Shown here: positions 29,691 to 40,203 of the stretch, one piece after another
Layout: every line of letters starts with the position of its first letter
Numbering within the stretch: the first letter of the stretch is position 1
From: Gemmatimonadota bacterium
Lineage (GTDB): Bacteria > Gemmatimonadota > Gemmatimonadetes > Gemmatimonadales > Gemmatimonadaceae
NCBI GenBank assembly: GCA_021324635.1
Contig: JAJPIS010000070.1
Location: 7,061 to 71,060, forward strand
Length of the DNA: 64,000 nt
Direction of reading: 5' to 3'
Translations under genes and position numbers: made by a program
The notes under the pieces: generated by a model
What the model was told of the DNA's origin: nothing
The model's input: only the letters and a program-made list of their open reading frames with translations
The model's database searches: none

Positions 29691-29751
29691 GCATCCGCAC
29701 CGGTGCCGGTGATGCTGGGCGGCATCCCCACCGATGCCGGCGGCCGGCATG

Positions 29752-31023
29752 TCATGCCGCGCCGTCGTTCACGCACGCGGCCGCCCGTTCGAGGAGCAGC
29801 GCGCGCTCGCGGGTATTGCGGGTCAGGGCGGCGGCGCGCTCGAGCGCTGAGCGCGCCTCCTCGAAGCGCCCGAGCTTCATGAGGAAGTCGGCCCGCACGG
29901 CCGGCAGGAGATGATAGCTGGCGAGCGACGGGTCGTCGGCGACCGCATCGGTGGCCTCGAGCCCCGCGGCCGGTCCGAACGCCATCCCCAGGGCGACCGC
30001 GCGGTTGAGCTGCACGACGGGTGAGGGGACGAGCTCTGTGAGCGCGTCGTACAGGGCGACGATACGATCCCAATCGGTCTCGGCGGCCGTGCGCGCCTGG
30101 GCGTGACAGGCCGCAATCCCGGCTTGCAGCGTGTACGGGCCGAAGCTGCCGAGTGCCTGAGCGCGGGCGAGCGCCTCGAGACCGCGGCCGATGAGCAGGT
30201 GATCCCACCGTGCGCGGTCCTGGTCGAGCAGCAGGATCGGTTCGCCCGAGGCCCCGGTGCGGGCGCGGGACCGCGACGCCTGGAGCTCCATGAGAGCCAC
30301 GATCCCATGGACCTCGCCCTCCTGTGGCATCAGCTCGGCCAGGATGCGCCCCAGCCGCAGCGCCTCGTCACAGAGCTCCGGCCGGATCCAGTCGTCTCCG
30401 CCAGTCGCGACGTACCCCTCGTTGAAGATGAGATAGATCACCTCGAGCACCGATGCGAGGCGCGCCGGCCGCTCGTCGGCGCGCGGCACCTCGAACCCGA
30501 CGTGCGCCGCGGCGAGCGTCCGCTTGGCCCGAACGATCCGCTGGGCGATCGTCGCCTCGGGGACGAGGAAGGCCCGGGCGATCTCGGGAGTCGTCAGCCC
30601 GCCCAGCAACCGGAGCGTGAGCGCCACGCGTGCGTCGGGCGAGAGGACCGGATGACAGGTCGTGAACACGAGCCGCAGGAGGTCGTCACCGATGTCGTCG
30701 TCGAGGGCGGCGTGGATGTCCCGCTCGGTCGTCTCCTGCCGCGCGTCGAGCTCCCGACCCAGCTCCTCGTGGGTCCTGACGACCCGCTGCGTACGCCGGA
30801 AGCCGTCGATCGCCCGACGCTTGGCAGTCGTCATCAGCCACGCGCCCGGGTTTGCCGGCACGCCCGACGCCGGCCACTGCTCCAGCGCCGCCACGAGCGC
30901 GTCGTGCGCGAGGTCTTCCGCTTGCCCCACATCGCCGACCATGCGCGCCAGGCTGGCGATGAGCTTTGCGGACTCGATGCGCCAGACGGCATCGATGGCG
31001 CGGTGAACCGCCGATTCGGTCAT
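29752..31023 (-). CDS. ECF sigma factor with C-terminal TPR-like extension (ECF42-type)
   Basis: AEDLAHDA...WP..GVP.NPGAWL, DDLLRLVFTTCHP, YLIFNEGY, TDWDRI; downstream of a YciI/DGPF gene. Confidence 0.9.
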   Translation of the reverse strand: MTESAVHRAIDAVWRIESAKLIASLARMVGDVGQAEDLAHDALVAALEQWPASGVPANPGAWLMTTAKRRAIDGFRRTQRVVRTHEELGRELDARQETTERDIHAALDDDIGDDLLRLVFTTCHPVLSPDARVALTLRLLGGLTTPEIARAFLVPEATIAQRIVRAKRTLAAAHVGFEVPRADERPARLASVLEVIYLIFNEGYVATGGDDWIRPELCDEALRLGRILAELMPQEGEVHGIVALMELQASRSRARTGASGEPILLLDQDRARWDHLLIGRGLEALARAQALGSFGPYTLQAGIAACHAQARTAAETDWDRIVALYDALTELVPSPVVQLNRAVALGMAFGPAAGLEATDAVADDPSLASYHLLPAVRADFLMKLGRFEEARSALERAAALTRNTRERALLLERAAACVNDGAA

Positions 31024-31084
31024 GGCGTCGTGAAGGCGGGCGCCGGGGCCGACGGAGGTCGGCCCCGGTGGGTTTCGCCGTCGG

Positions 31085-31513
31085 TCAGCGGCGCTCGGGC
31101 TGGGCCGCCCGCTGCTGGAGCTCCGGGAAGCCGTCCGCGGCCTGCCGGACATCCGTCGGGAAGTCGGCCATCTCGAATACCTGGCGAACCTCGATCACCT
31201 CGTTGTCCGACGCCGGGCACCGGCTCGCCCACTCGATCGCCTCCTCCCTGGACTTCACCTGAATCATCCAGTACCCGCCGATAACTTCCTTCGCTTCCGG
31301 GAAGGGTCCGTCCATCACCTTGGGCTTGCCGCCGGCGAATGAGACCCGGGCCCCCATCGAGGGCGGCCGCAGTCCGTCGAGCGCGAGCAGGACGCCGGCC
31401 TTCTGGAGCGATTCGTTGTACTTCATCATTGCCGAGACCGCCTTGGCGTCCGGCATCCGGTCCGGGGCGGCGGATTCGTACCCCTTGGGGATCATGAGCA
31501 TCATGAATCGCAT
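31085..31513 (-). CDS. YciI/DGPF family protein
   Basis: DGPFPEAKEVIGGYW, SREEAIEWA, IEVRQV. Confidence 0.92.
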   Translation of the reverse strand: MRFMMLMIPKGYESAAPDRMPDAKAVSAMMKYNESLQKAGVLLALDGLRPPSMGARVSFAGGKPKVMDGPFPEAKEVIGGYWMIQVKSREEAIEWASRCPASDNEVIEVRQVFEMADFPTDVRQAADGFPELQQRAAQPERR

Positions 31514-31786
31514 GGGAGTGTCTCTCGGGTGGTGGGTTTCGGGCTGGACCGGCGTCGGACCGGGTGGCCTCTGCTCATACGTCGAACGAAATTCGGCCGG
31601 ATCGACACGACCGGCGCCGAGCGCCGCGTTCCCTCCGCCGAAAGGAAGCGATGATCGGGCTCGGCTGGAATGACGGCCGCCCGCCTCGGATTCATCATCG
31701 GCGCACTCAGCGTACCGCGCCGCGACACCGGCTACCTGCGCTGCACGGATCCCCGCCCCCCCTCCCCACCCCCGCCCCCGCCCCTC

Positions 31787-32152
31787 ATGTCCCCCGACAA
31801 AGCCAACCTTACCGAGAAGTTCGCGGCCTTCAACGAGCACTGGTCGCCGAAGATCGTGGCCGAGCTGAACGGCCAGCAGGTGAAGCTCTCGAAGTTCAAA
31901 GGGCCGTTCATCTGGCATCAGCACGAGCACGAAGATGAGATGTTCCTCGTGCATCGCGGGAGCTTCCGGATGGAGTTTCGCGACCGGACCGTGACGCTGA
32001 ACGCCGGGGATTTCCTGGTCGTTCCTCGCGGCGTCGAGCACCGGCCGGTGGCCGACGAGGAGGTCCACGTGGTGCTCTTCGAGCCCGCCGGTACCGTCAA
32101 CACAGGAAACGTGCGCGACGCTCGCACGATCGAGAACCCGGCGCGGCTCTAG
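31787..32152 (+). CDS. Cupin domain protein
   Basis: EHWSPKIVAE, WHQHEHEDEMF, VPRGVEHRP. Confidence 0.9.
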   Translation: MSPDKANLTEKFAAFNEHWSPKIVAELNGQQVKLSKFKGPFIWHQHEHEDEMFLVHRGSFRMEFRDRTVTLNAGDFLVVPRGVEHRPVADEEVHVVLFEPAGTVNTGNVRDARTIENPARL

Positions 32153-32211
32153 AACCGTCGGGATGATCCGACCCACCCGACACCGCCGTCGTCTCTCGAC
32201 GACGCAGCCAC

Positions 32212-33321
32212 CTACCGCTTCGCGGTCGCCCGCCGGAGGTGCTGAATCAGCGCATCGGACCAGAGCGGCAGATGGCCACCTGCGGCGTCCTGAGCCCTGG
32301 CGGTGCGCTGATAGCGGAGCACGAGCTGTGTGGGATGACAGAGCGTGGCCATCAGCGCGGCATGGCCGTGGGCCTTCTCGACCGTGCGAGTCATGAGATA
32401 GCCGACCGTGTACCACGGGCCCTGCACTGTGCCGAAGAACGACATCGCCCGGGCCGTCACCGTGTCGCGATTCGTCACCCGACGATCGAGGATGTCGGTG
32501 AAGAACCGGTCGAGCTGCGCCAGGTCGGCGGCCACGTTGCCGTAGTTGCGATCCCAGGTGGCGCGCGCGCTCGAGTCATCGCCGGCGTGCGGGTAGACAT
32601 CCGGGCCGCCGGCCGCGGCGAGCATCGCCCAGCCTTCGCCGAAGGCGCCCATCCATGTCGTCACGGACGCGAGCGGCGTCGCCTGGGAGGTGTCCAGCCC
32701 CGGGCAGGCGGCCTCGTAGCCGATGTGGTGGAGCTCGTGTGCGATCTCGTTCTCGAAGCTGGCGGCCCCGATCGATGGGTCGTCGGCCACGAAGATACTC
32801 GGCCCACTGTCGGTCTTGAACACGAACGTGTTCAGGCGCGGCTTGACCTCGAAGTAGAGCGTCGCGTGAAAGGCCGTCCCCGGCGGTAGGTAGGCGGCGG
32901 CGCGGCGGACGGACTCGCGGATGTCGGCGTGGCGCCACCGCGTGAGCGTCGCCTCGAGTGCCGGCGCGCGTCGGGCCGTACTATCGGACCGGAGAAAGGC
33001 GCGAAATGCGGAGTCGGTGACCGAGCGGTGAAAGGCGGCCTCGCGGACGCGGAGCGCCCAGTACCCCTCGCTCGCGCGGACGCGCTGCCACGCCTGGTCG
33101 GCCGCCTCCGGCGTCGGCGCCCTGATCACGGCGAGCGCCGCGTCGGCCTCATCGGCGACCACACGGAGCCGCGCCGCTCCCACCTGCTCCACGACGGCGC
33201 GCGTTTCTGCCGCGCGCGATGCGCCAGGTGACTGGCCGGGGAGCGAGCCCCCGATGAGCGCCGCCACAGCGACCACCGGCAGATCGATGCGCCGGCCCCC
33301 CTGACCCTGCGTCCTACCCAC
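32212..33321 (-). CDS. Putative Zn-dependent protease (DUF5700-like)
   Basis: AHELHH and a downstream EG.A; GPWYTVG; GTG start after GAGGGAG. Confidence 0.75.
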   Translation of the reverse strand: MGRTQGQGGRRIDLPVVAVAALIGGSLPGQSPGASRAAETRAVVEQVGAARLRVVADEADAALAVIRAPTPEAADQAWQRVRASEGYWALRVREAAFHRSVTDSAFRAFLRSDSTARRAPALEATLTRWRHADIRESVRRAAAYLPPGTAFHATLYFEVKPRLNTFVFKTDSGPSIFVADDPSIGAASFENEIAHELHHIGYEAACPGLDTSQATPLASVTTWMGAFGEGWAMLAAAGGPDVYPHAGDDSSARATWDRNYGNVAADLAQLDRFFTDILDRRVTNRDTVTARAMSFFGTVQGPWYTVGYLMTRTVEKAHGHAALMATLCHPTQLVLRYQRTARAQDAAGGHLPLWSDALIQHLRRATAKR

Positions 33322-33522
33322 GGCTCCCTCCCGTTCCGGATCTGCAGACCGGCTTCGGGCCTGCGTGCAAACCCGGCGGCCGACGGCCACCGGGCGCGCG
33401 GCGCCCGCCCGAGCGCCGAGATATTGGAGTCCGAATCCGTGAGATCGGTTGCGTCCTGAGGCTGGCGCTGGTGTCGCGGTCGGGGACCGGCGAGATTGGC
33501 GAGACACTGTCGGAGGATCGCA

Positions 33523-34092
33523 GTGACGGCGCCAGCGGTCGCAGGGCTCCCCGACTGGGGAAACTTCTACGTCATCATCGGGTCGGCCGGGGCCGGGCTC
33601 ACCGGGCTGATGTTCGTGGTGATCACGCTGGGTGCGCAGGCGGGCGCGGTACGGGCCGAGGAAGGTCTGCGGGCGTTCGTGACGCCGACCCTCATCCATT
33701 TCTGCGCGGCCGTGCTCATCGCCGCGATCGTGACGAGCCCCGGGCAGACGCCGGTGTCGCTCGGACTGATGACCGGCGCGTGCGGCATCGTCGGGCTGGG
33801 GTTCGTGGCTCGAGGGTTCCGGGCGGCGCGCCGCCAGGCGCACTACTCCCCGGTGACCGAGGACTGGATCTGGTACATGCTGCTGCCGGCCGTCGGCTAC
33901 GCCGCCATTCTTGCCGCCGCCGCGCTCCTCGTGTGGCTGCCCTCGGGCGCCGGCACCTACGTCCTGGCCGCGGCGACACTCTTCCTCCTCTTTACCGGCA
34001 TCCACAATGCCTGGGATGCCGCCGTCTGGGTCGCCATCAGCATCAGTCGGCCAGGCGACACGGGCCAGGGATCCGGCCCGTCGGCGCCGTGA
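33523..34092 (+). CDS. Membrane protein
   Basis: W.NFYVIIGSAGAGLTGLMFV...GIHNAWD; multiple TM helices; GGAGG RBS. Confidence 0.8.
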   Translation: MTAPAVAGLPDWGNFYVIIGSAGAGLTGLMFVVITLGAQAGAVRAEEGLRAFVTPTLIHFCAAVLIAAIVTSPGQTPVSLGLMTGACGIVGLGFVARGFRAARRQAHYSPVTEDWIWYMLLPAVGYAAILAAAALLVWLPSGAGTYVLAAATLFLLFTGIHNAWDAAVWVAISISRPGDTGQGSGPSAP

Positions 34093-34106
34093 GCGGCGCG
34101 GCGGTG

Positions 34107-34721
34107 CTAGGGTAGCAGCTCCCTGGGGATCGGGCTGCCGGGGCGCTCGTCGTCCCAGGACGCGGCGATCACCCACCATCGCTTGCCGTCCCAGAAGAGG
34201 TCGATGCTATTGACGCCGCGGCCGGTGACCGGCCCGCTCCCGATCGCCCGCGTCTCGTAGGTGCTCATCACGTGGGCGATGTTGCCGATGCGGCTCGTGA
34301 CGCGGTGAATCTCGTGCTCCTCGAAGCCGTTCGCCACGAACGCCGAGTCGACCCCATCGACGAACTGCTGGTGCGTCATCACGTGCATGACGGGTGTGCC
34401 GTCGGGCTTCACCCCCGCGGCAAAGAAACGCAGCCCGGGCCAGTAGAGCGTGCGGTCGCGACCCCACTGGCGCGGCTGGCCGGGCGGGCCGCTGATCACG
34501 CCGTAGTAGGCGGCGATCACGCCATCGATCGAGGAGACGTCCTGCGGCCGGGGCGCGAGCGTCGGGACCACGACGTGGTGCCGGGGTGGGGCGGCGCCGG
34601 CGGCCTGCGCGCCGAGGGCCGGCGTCCCGGCCAGTAGCTGCACCGTGGCGAGACCGGATACGGCGAGCGCTCGGCGCAGGCCACGGTGGGCACGGTCGCT
34701 GACGGGATGCATGGCGGTCAC
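34107..34721 (-). CDS. Secreted NTF2/SnoaL-like hypothetical protein
   Basis: DVSSIDGVI.AYY.VISG, GNIAHVMSTYE, RGVNSI.L..DGKRWW. Confidence 0.75.
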   Translation of the reverse strand: MTAMHPVSDRAHRGLRRALAVSGLATVQLLAGTPALGAQAAGAAPPRHHVVVPTLAPRPQDVSSIDGVIAAYYGVISGPPGQPRQWGRDRTLYWPGLRFFAAGVKPDGTPVMHVMTHQQFVDGVDSAFVANGFEEHEIHRVTSRIGNIAHVMSTYETRAIGSGPVTGRGVNSIDLFWDGKRWWVIAASWDDERPGSPIPRELLP

Positions 34722-35929
34722 GCTCCCACCGTCAGGAGGCGCCGAGCCCGTGGCCGCGCCGACCCGGGTGCTCGGACGGCCGGCCGCTGCCGCTTCCCTT
34801 GCAGCTCGGCGAGCAGGGTGTCGACGCGCGCGAGCCCGGCGAGCGTCTTGCCCATGTCGTAACCGTAGCCGACCCGGATGTATTTGCCGACGCCGAAATG
34901 TGCGCCCGGCGTGATGAGCACCGACTGCTCGACCCGGAGCCGCTCGAAGAGCCGCGCCGACGTGATCGGCAGCCGGTACTTGATGAGCACGATCGCGCCG
35001 GCGCGCGGCCGGATGTAGTCGAAGATGTCGGCGTGGGTGTCGATCCAGCGCTCGATCTGTGGCAATTGCCGCTGGAGAATGCCGCGCGCGCGCGCGATCA
35101 GCCGCTCGCGCCGCGCGGGCTCGAGCGCGAGCCGCGCCAGCCGGTCCGACAGGGTGGCCGGCGTGAGCGTCGTGTAGTCCTGATACGACCAGAGATGGTC
35201 CGCCGTGCGCGGCGGGGCCACGACCCAGCCGATGCGGAGCCCTGGCATCCCGAAGGTCTTCGAGACCCCGGAGGTCACGATCACCTTGTCGTATCGCCCC
35301 CAGAACGTCGGTGTGAGGGTCGCGCCTCCCACCTCGGCGCCGCGGTAGACCTCATCCGACACGATCCACGCCCCGACGCGGCGCGCGACGCGGATGATCT
35401 CCGCCATCTCCGCCTCCGTGAGCACACCGCCGGTCGGATTGTTCGGGTTCGTGACCAGGATGAGGCGCGTGCGCGCGGTCACGGCCCGGTGCAGGCTCTC
35501 GACGTCGAGTCCCCAGCGGCGCGTGCCGTTCTCCTCCATCTCGACCAGCCGATAGGGATCGGCGCGGCCGGCGTAGGCGCGCGCGAGCCCCCACGTCTGG
35601 AGATAGTTGGGGATCATGATCGCGGCTCGCCCACCGGGATCGAGGAGCCCCCAGAAGGTCGAGTAGTTCGCCTCCGACGTGCCGATCGACACGAGCACGT
35701 TGTCACGGGTCGCGCCCGGGTACCAGGTGGCGATGTGGTCACGCAGCAGCACTGAGCCGTTCGACTCGGCGTACTTGAGTGGGATGTCGAGAAACGCCGA
35801 TTGTGCGGCCTCGCCGTCCAGCAGCTCGCGCGCGGTGATCGGGAGGACGCCGCTCTCCGAGAGGTTGTACTCGACTTCGTTCTCGTAGCGGCACTGCGTC
35901 CGTTCCATCTGGAAGCGGTCGATACGCAT
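34718..35929 (-). CDS. Class I/II PLP-dependent aminotransferase
   Basis: NPNNPTG, SDEVY, SKTFGMPGLRIGW. Confidence 0.92.
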   Translation of the reverse strand: MRIDRFQMERTQCRYENEVEYNLSESGVLPITARELLDGEAAQSAFLDIPLKYAESNGSVLLRDHIATWYPGATRDNVLVSIGTSEANYSTFWGLLDPGGRAAIMIPNYLQTWGLARAYAGRADPYRLVEMEENGTRRWGLDVESLHRAVTARTRLILVTNPNNPTGGVLTEAEMAEIIRVARRVGAWIVSDEVYRGAEVGGATLTPTFWGRYDKVIVTSGVSKTFGMPGLRIGWVVAPPRTADHLWSYQDYTTLTPATLSDRLARLALEPARRERLIARARGILQRQLPQIERWIDTHADIFDYIRPRAGAIVLIKYRLPITSARLFERLRVEQSVLITPGAHFGVGKYIRVGYGYDMGKTLAGLARVDTLLAELQGKRQRPAVRAPGSARPRARRLLTVGA

Positions 35930-36043
35930 CTCGGGACCTGTGACGGAAAGGGAGGGGGCGAGGAGGCGCGGAGGGGTGGCAGTCGCCACCGCGCGGGTGA
36001 TACTTGTACAATGGGGCCCGCGAAGTAAAGACCGGAGGTCGGG

Positions 36044-37066
36044 ATGCTGATCCTGGAAGAACCGGAGATCCGCGAGCTACTCGACCCGGTGTCGTGCATC
36101 GCGGCCGTGGAGGCGGCGTTCACGGCCTACGCCGCGGGTCACGCCGAGCTGCCGGACGTCATCCACCTCGACGTCCCGGAACGCCGGGGCGAGATCCACA
36201 TCAAGGCCGGGTACCTCCATGGCGGCACGTGCTGGGCGGTCAAGGTGGCGTCGACCTTCCCGTCCAACCCCGTCCTCGGACGCCCCGCCAATGGCGGTCT
36301 CGTCGTCGTCTTCGACGCCGAGACCGGCGTGCCGGCGGCGCTTCTCCTCGACAATGGCTACATCACGGACCTCCGGACGGCGGCGGCTGGCGCGGTCGCG
36401 GCCCGGCAACTCGCCCGGGAGGAGATCGACGTCGTCGGCGTCGTCGGCTCCGGCATACAGGCTCGGCTCCAGGTGCAGCTCCTGGCGCACGTCCGCCGGT
36501 TCCGCGAGGTGCGGATCTGGGGCCGTCGGGTCGACGGGGCGCGCGACTGCGCGGCCCAGCTACGGGCGACCGGCGCGTTGCCCGAGGGGGTCACGGCGCG
36601 GGCCGAGCCGATGATCGAGCGGGCGGTCCGCGGGGCCGACCTGGTGTTTACCGTCACCCCGAGTCGCGTGCCGCTCGTCCGGGCCGAGTGGGTCGGAGCG
36701 GGAAGCCTGGTGATCGCGGTCGGCTCCGACGGGGCAGACAAGCAGGAGCTGGACGTCGGAGTCCTCGCCGCGGCCGATCGCGTCGTCGCCGACAGCCTCC
36801 CCCAATGCCGACGGATCGGCGAGATCCACCACGCGGTGCTGGCCGGCCTGCTCGACGAGCAGCGTGTGACCGAGCTGGGCCAGATCACCGGCGGGCGAGC
36901 GCCGGGCCGCCGGCGGGCCGACGAGCGGATCGTGTGTGACCTCACGGGCGTCGGCGTCCAGGACGTGGCGGCCGCCGCGCTCGTGGTCGACCGCGCGCGC
37001 AGGGCCCGCGCGGCGCGGGAGGGCGCTGGCGGGCGCGTACCGCGCGACGCCGTCGGACCAGCTTGA
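36044..37066 (+). CDS. Ornithine cyclodeaminase / mu-crystallin family protein
   Basis: ITDLRTAAAG, GSGIQA, AVGSD, DLTGVGVQD. Confidence 0.92.
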   Translation: MLILEEPEIRELLDPVSCIAAVEAAFTAYAAGHAELPDVIHLDVPERRGEIHIKAGYLHGGTCWAVKVASTFPSNPVLGRPANGGLVVVFDAETGVPAALLLDNGYITDLRTAAAGAVAARQLAREEIDVVGVVGSGIQARLQVQLLAHVRRFREVRIWGRRVDGARDCAAQLRATGALPEGVTARAEPMIERAVRGADLVFTVTPSRVPLVRAEWVGAGSLVIAVGSDGADKQELDVGVLAAADRVVADSLPQCRRIGEIHHAVLAGLLDEQRVTELGQITGGRAPGRRRADERIVCDLTGVGVQDVAAAALVVDRARRARAAREGAGGRVPRDAVGPA

Positions 37067-38013
37067 CGCTCGGGGCTCGGGCGACAGAATACGGGGTACG
37101 GAAGGGAAGGGGACCGGCGCGGAACCCATGCAGCGGAGGGGCCGTGGACAGGGCACGACGGACAGGCGGCGCCACAGTCTGGGCGCTGAGTGTGCTGCTC
37201 GGAGGCATCTTCCTCGCGGCTGGACTCGGGAAGCTCGCCGGTCAGGACGTGCTCGGGTTTCAGGCGGCGACGATGCAGGGATTCCCGGCGTGGATGCGGA
37301 CCCTCGTCGGCGTCTTCGAGGTACTCGGCGGGGTGGCGCTCCTCATCCCCGCACTCGCCATCTACGGCGCCCTCGGGCTCGCCGTCCTCATGGTCCCGGC
37401 CGCGATCACGCAGGCCGTGAGCGAGCAGCCTGGCGTGTACGTCCCGGTCATCGTCCTCATCCTGCTCCTGATCGTGGCCTGGCAGCGCGACGCCATCACG
37501 ATGCGGGGTCTGTACCGTGGCATCGCCGGCCCGCGCGGACCGGTCGTGCGCGAGGGGGTGATCGCCGGCGTGATCGGGGCAACGGTGGTCGCCGTCTGGT
37601 TCTTCATCGTCGACATCGTGGCTGGCCATCCGCTCTTCACGCCGACGGCACTGGGTCAGGCGCTCGTCAGTGTGCTGCGCCTCGCGCCGCTCACCGCGCC
37701 GCCGGCGGCGTACATCGTCGCCTATACCGTATTCCACTACCTGGCCTTCATCGTCGTCGGCATCGTCGCCGCTGACTTCTTCGCCTGGGCGGGTCGCGAG
37801 CCGGCGCTGCTGTTCGGGTTCATCATCCTGTTCGTCGCCTTCGAGGTCGGCTTCTACGGCTTTGTCGCCCTGCTCCAGCAGGCGAGCGCGCTGGGCGGAC
37901 TCGCGTGGCCGCAGGTGATGGTGGGCAATCTCCTGTCGGCGGCCGTGATGGGCACGTACATCTGGCGCGCCCATCCGAAGCTCCACCAGCAATTCGCGCA
38001 CGTGTTCGATTGA
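37063..38013 (+). CDS. DoxX-like membrane protein with an extra C-terminal TM domain
   Basis: FLAAGLGK...GFP.W...VG.FEVLGGVALLIP; about 8 TM helices; start uncertain. Confidence 0.7.
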   Translation: MTLGARATEYGVRKGRGPARNPCSGGAVDRARRTGGATVWALSVLLGGIFLAAGLGKLAGQDVLGFQAATMQGFPAWMRTLVGVFEVLGGVALLIPALAIYGALGLAVLMVPAAITQAVSEQPGVYVPVIVLILLLIVAWQRDAITMRGLYRGIAGPRGPVVREGVIAGVIGATVVAVWFFIVDIVAGHPLFTPTALGQALVSVLRLAPLTAPPAAYIVAYTVFHYLAFIVVGIVAADFFAWAGREPALLFGFIILFVAFEVGFYGFVALLQQASALGGLAWPQVMVGNLLSAAVMGTYIWRAHPKLHQQFAHVFD

Positions 38014-39284
38014 GCACGACGGTCGCCGAGCGTTCGTACGCGGCCCCGGGGATGACCGCGCGCGGACGTGGGGACGCGGCGCCGTCCGACCGGACGGCGC
38101 CGCGATCTCGCACCCTGCTCTGGGTCTGGTCGCTCCCGGCCTGGCTCATGGTGTGCGACATGGAGGCGTCGGCGTACATCAACGGCGCCGCGCTCCCGGG
38201 TGTGCGCGCCGCCGTGCCGGCGCTCGCCGAGTGGTACCTGTGGGTACTGCTGACCCCCGTCGTGCTTCGCCTCGGCAGGCGATGGCCGATCGGGGCGACC
38301 CGACCCTGGCGCACGTGGGCGGTGCATGGCGCGGCGGTCGTCGTGACATCCCTCCTTCGCGGGATCGTGTATGGCGTCGCGACGGTGTTCGTCGCGCGGA
38401 GCGCGCCGGACATTCCGCTCAACGCCTTCTTCGTGCGCCTGGTCGTCGGCTTCCTCCCGACCGCCGCCGTCCTCTATGGCGGCATCCTCTCCTACGGCGT
38501 CGCGACCGCCTATGCGCGCCGCCATCGGGAGAGCGAGGTGCGCAACGCACAGCGCGAGTCGCGGCTCGAGGCGCAGTTGGCGCGCGCCGAGCTGGCCGCC
38601 CTACGCGCGAACCTGAACCCGCACTTCCTGTTCAACGCTCTGCACTCCGTCGGTGCCCTGGTGCGGAGCGGCGAGCGAACGGCAGCGGTCGACGTGGTGA
38701 GCGAGCTGAGTGAGCTGCTCCGCCATCTCCTCCGGCGGAATGCGCCCGAGGAAGTGACACTGGCCGCAGAGCTCGCCTTCACGCGCCGCTACCTGGCGAT
38801 CGAGCAGGTGCGCTTCTCCGACCGGTTGCGCGTCACCTGGTCGGTCGAGCCCGGGACTGAGCGGGCGCTCGTGCCGCGGCTCCTGCTCCAGCCCCTGGTC
38901 GAGAATGCGATCCGACACGGCGTCACGCGCGCGACCGCCGCTGGCGCGATCTCGATCGGGAGCGCTCGGCGCGGCGACATGCTCGAGATCCGGGTGATCG
39001 ACGACGGCCCGGGGCCGGCCCTCCCGGTGCCGCCCCAGGCTGTGGCGTCGGAGCGCGGCGGTGGGTACGGGCTCGACGCCGCGCGCGCGCGGCTCCGGCT
39101 GGCCTATGGCGACCGCGCGGACGTGGTGCTGGCGGCCGGAGCCGGTGGGGGCGCACTCGTCACCGTGGTGCTGCCGTACCGAGCAGCTCTTGTCGATACC
39201 CCGGGCGGCGCGCCGGTGGCGGTGGCGGACGGTGGGGCGGCCGTGGAGTCCGATGTCGCCGAGAGTGTCGCGAGTGGCCGGTGA
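38010..39284 (+). CDS. LytS/YehU-type sensor histidine kinase
   Basis: LNPHFLFNAL, YLAIEQVRF, LQPLVENAIRHG, DDGPG. Confidence 0.92.
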   Translation: MSTTVAERSYAAPGMTARGRGDAAPSDRTAPRSRTLLWVWSLPAWLMVCDMEASAYINGAALPGVRAAVPALAEWYLWVLLTPVVLRLGRRWPIGATRPWRTWAVHGAAVVVTSLLRGIVYGVATVFVARSAPDIPLNAFFVRLVVGFLPTAAVLYGGILSYGVATAYARRHRESEVRNAQRESRLEAQLARAELAALRANLNPHFLFNALHSVGALVRSGERTAAVDVVSELSELLRHLLRRNAPEEVTLAAELAFTRRYLAIEQVRFSDRLRVTWSVEPGTERALVPRLLLQPLVENAIRHGVTRATAAGAISIGSARRGDMLEIRVIDDGPGPALPVPPQAVASERGGGYGLDAARARLRLAYGDRADVVLAAGAGGGALVTVVLPYRAALVDTPGGAPVAVADGGAAVESDVAESVASGR

Positions 39285-39285
39285 G

Positions 39286-40065
39286 ATGCGCGTCGTCGTG
39301 GCGGACGACGAGCCCCTGGCGCGGCGGGTGATCCGGGATCTCCTCACCCGCTACGAGGACGTCACCGTCGTCGGCGAGTGTCGGAGTGGGACGGAAGCGG
39401 TGGAGGTCCTGCGGGCGACGGCGCCCGACCTCCTCTTCCTCGACATCCAGATGCCGGAGCTCGACGGGTTCGGGGTACTGAGGGCGGTGCTGCCCGCCTG
39501 TCCGCCGGCGGTCGTGCTGGTGACCGCGTACGACGAGTTCGCGGTGCAGGCGTTCGAGGCCGAGGCCCTCGACTTCCTGGTGAAGCCGTTCACGGATGAG
39601 CGCTTTCACCAGGCTGTGGGCCGGGCGCGGCGTCGTCTGGCGTTGGAGGAGGCGAGCCGGATGAGTCGTGCCCTCGCGGGCCTGCTCGAGCGGGTCGGCC
39701 CGGGTGGCGGCGCCGCGATCGCCGAGCCGCCCGCGCGTCGCACGCGGCTGCTCGTGACAGCGGGGGCGCGGACCATCGCCGTCCCGGTGTCGGGGATCCG
39801 CTGGATCGAGGCCGAGGACTACTACGCGCGGATCCACACCGACCGCGGGTCGTACCTGTTGCGCGAGTCGCTGGGTGCCCTCGAGCGCGAGCTCGATCCC
39901 GCCGCCTTCCTGCGCGTGCATCGATCCGCGCTCGTGCACACCGGCAGCATCCGCGAGGTCCGGCGCCATCCGGCGGGGCGGTGCGTGGTGGTGCTGACCG
40001 ACGGGACGAGGCTGCCGGTGAGCGACCGGCGGCGGGGCGCCGTGTTGCGGCGGCTGGGCGGCTAG
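39286..40065 (+). CDS. LytTR family response regulator
   Basis: DDEPLAR, FLDIQMP, FLRVHRSALV. Confidence 0.93.
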   Translation: MRVVVADDEPLARRVIRDLLTRYEDVTVVGECRSGTEAVEVLRATAPDLLFLDIQMPELDGFGVLRAVLPACPPAVVLVTAYDEFAVQAFEAEALDFLVKPFTDERFHQAVGRARRRLALEEASRMSRALAGLLERVGPGGGAAIAEPPARRTRLLVTAGARTIAVPVSGIRWIEAEDYYARIHTDRGSYLLRESLGALERELDPAAFLRVHRSALVHTGSIREVRRHPAGRCVVVLTDGTRLPVSDRRRGAVLRRLGG

Positions 40066-40203
40066 TCCGTCGCGCGTGTTGCCCGAGGGTCGCTCTCGGC
40101 GGCGTCGCGCGGCACGGGACTGGCGCGGGTGAGCGGGCGACCGAGAGACACGGCGCCCGGGGCGGATCCGACACCCCTGGGCATTCCGTCAGGGGGAGAC
40201 TGC

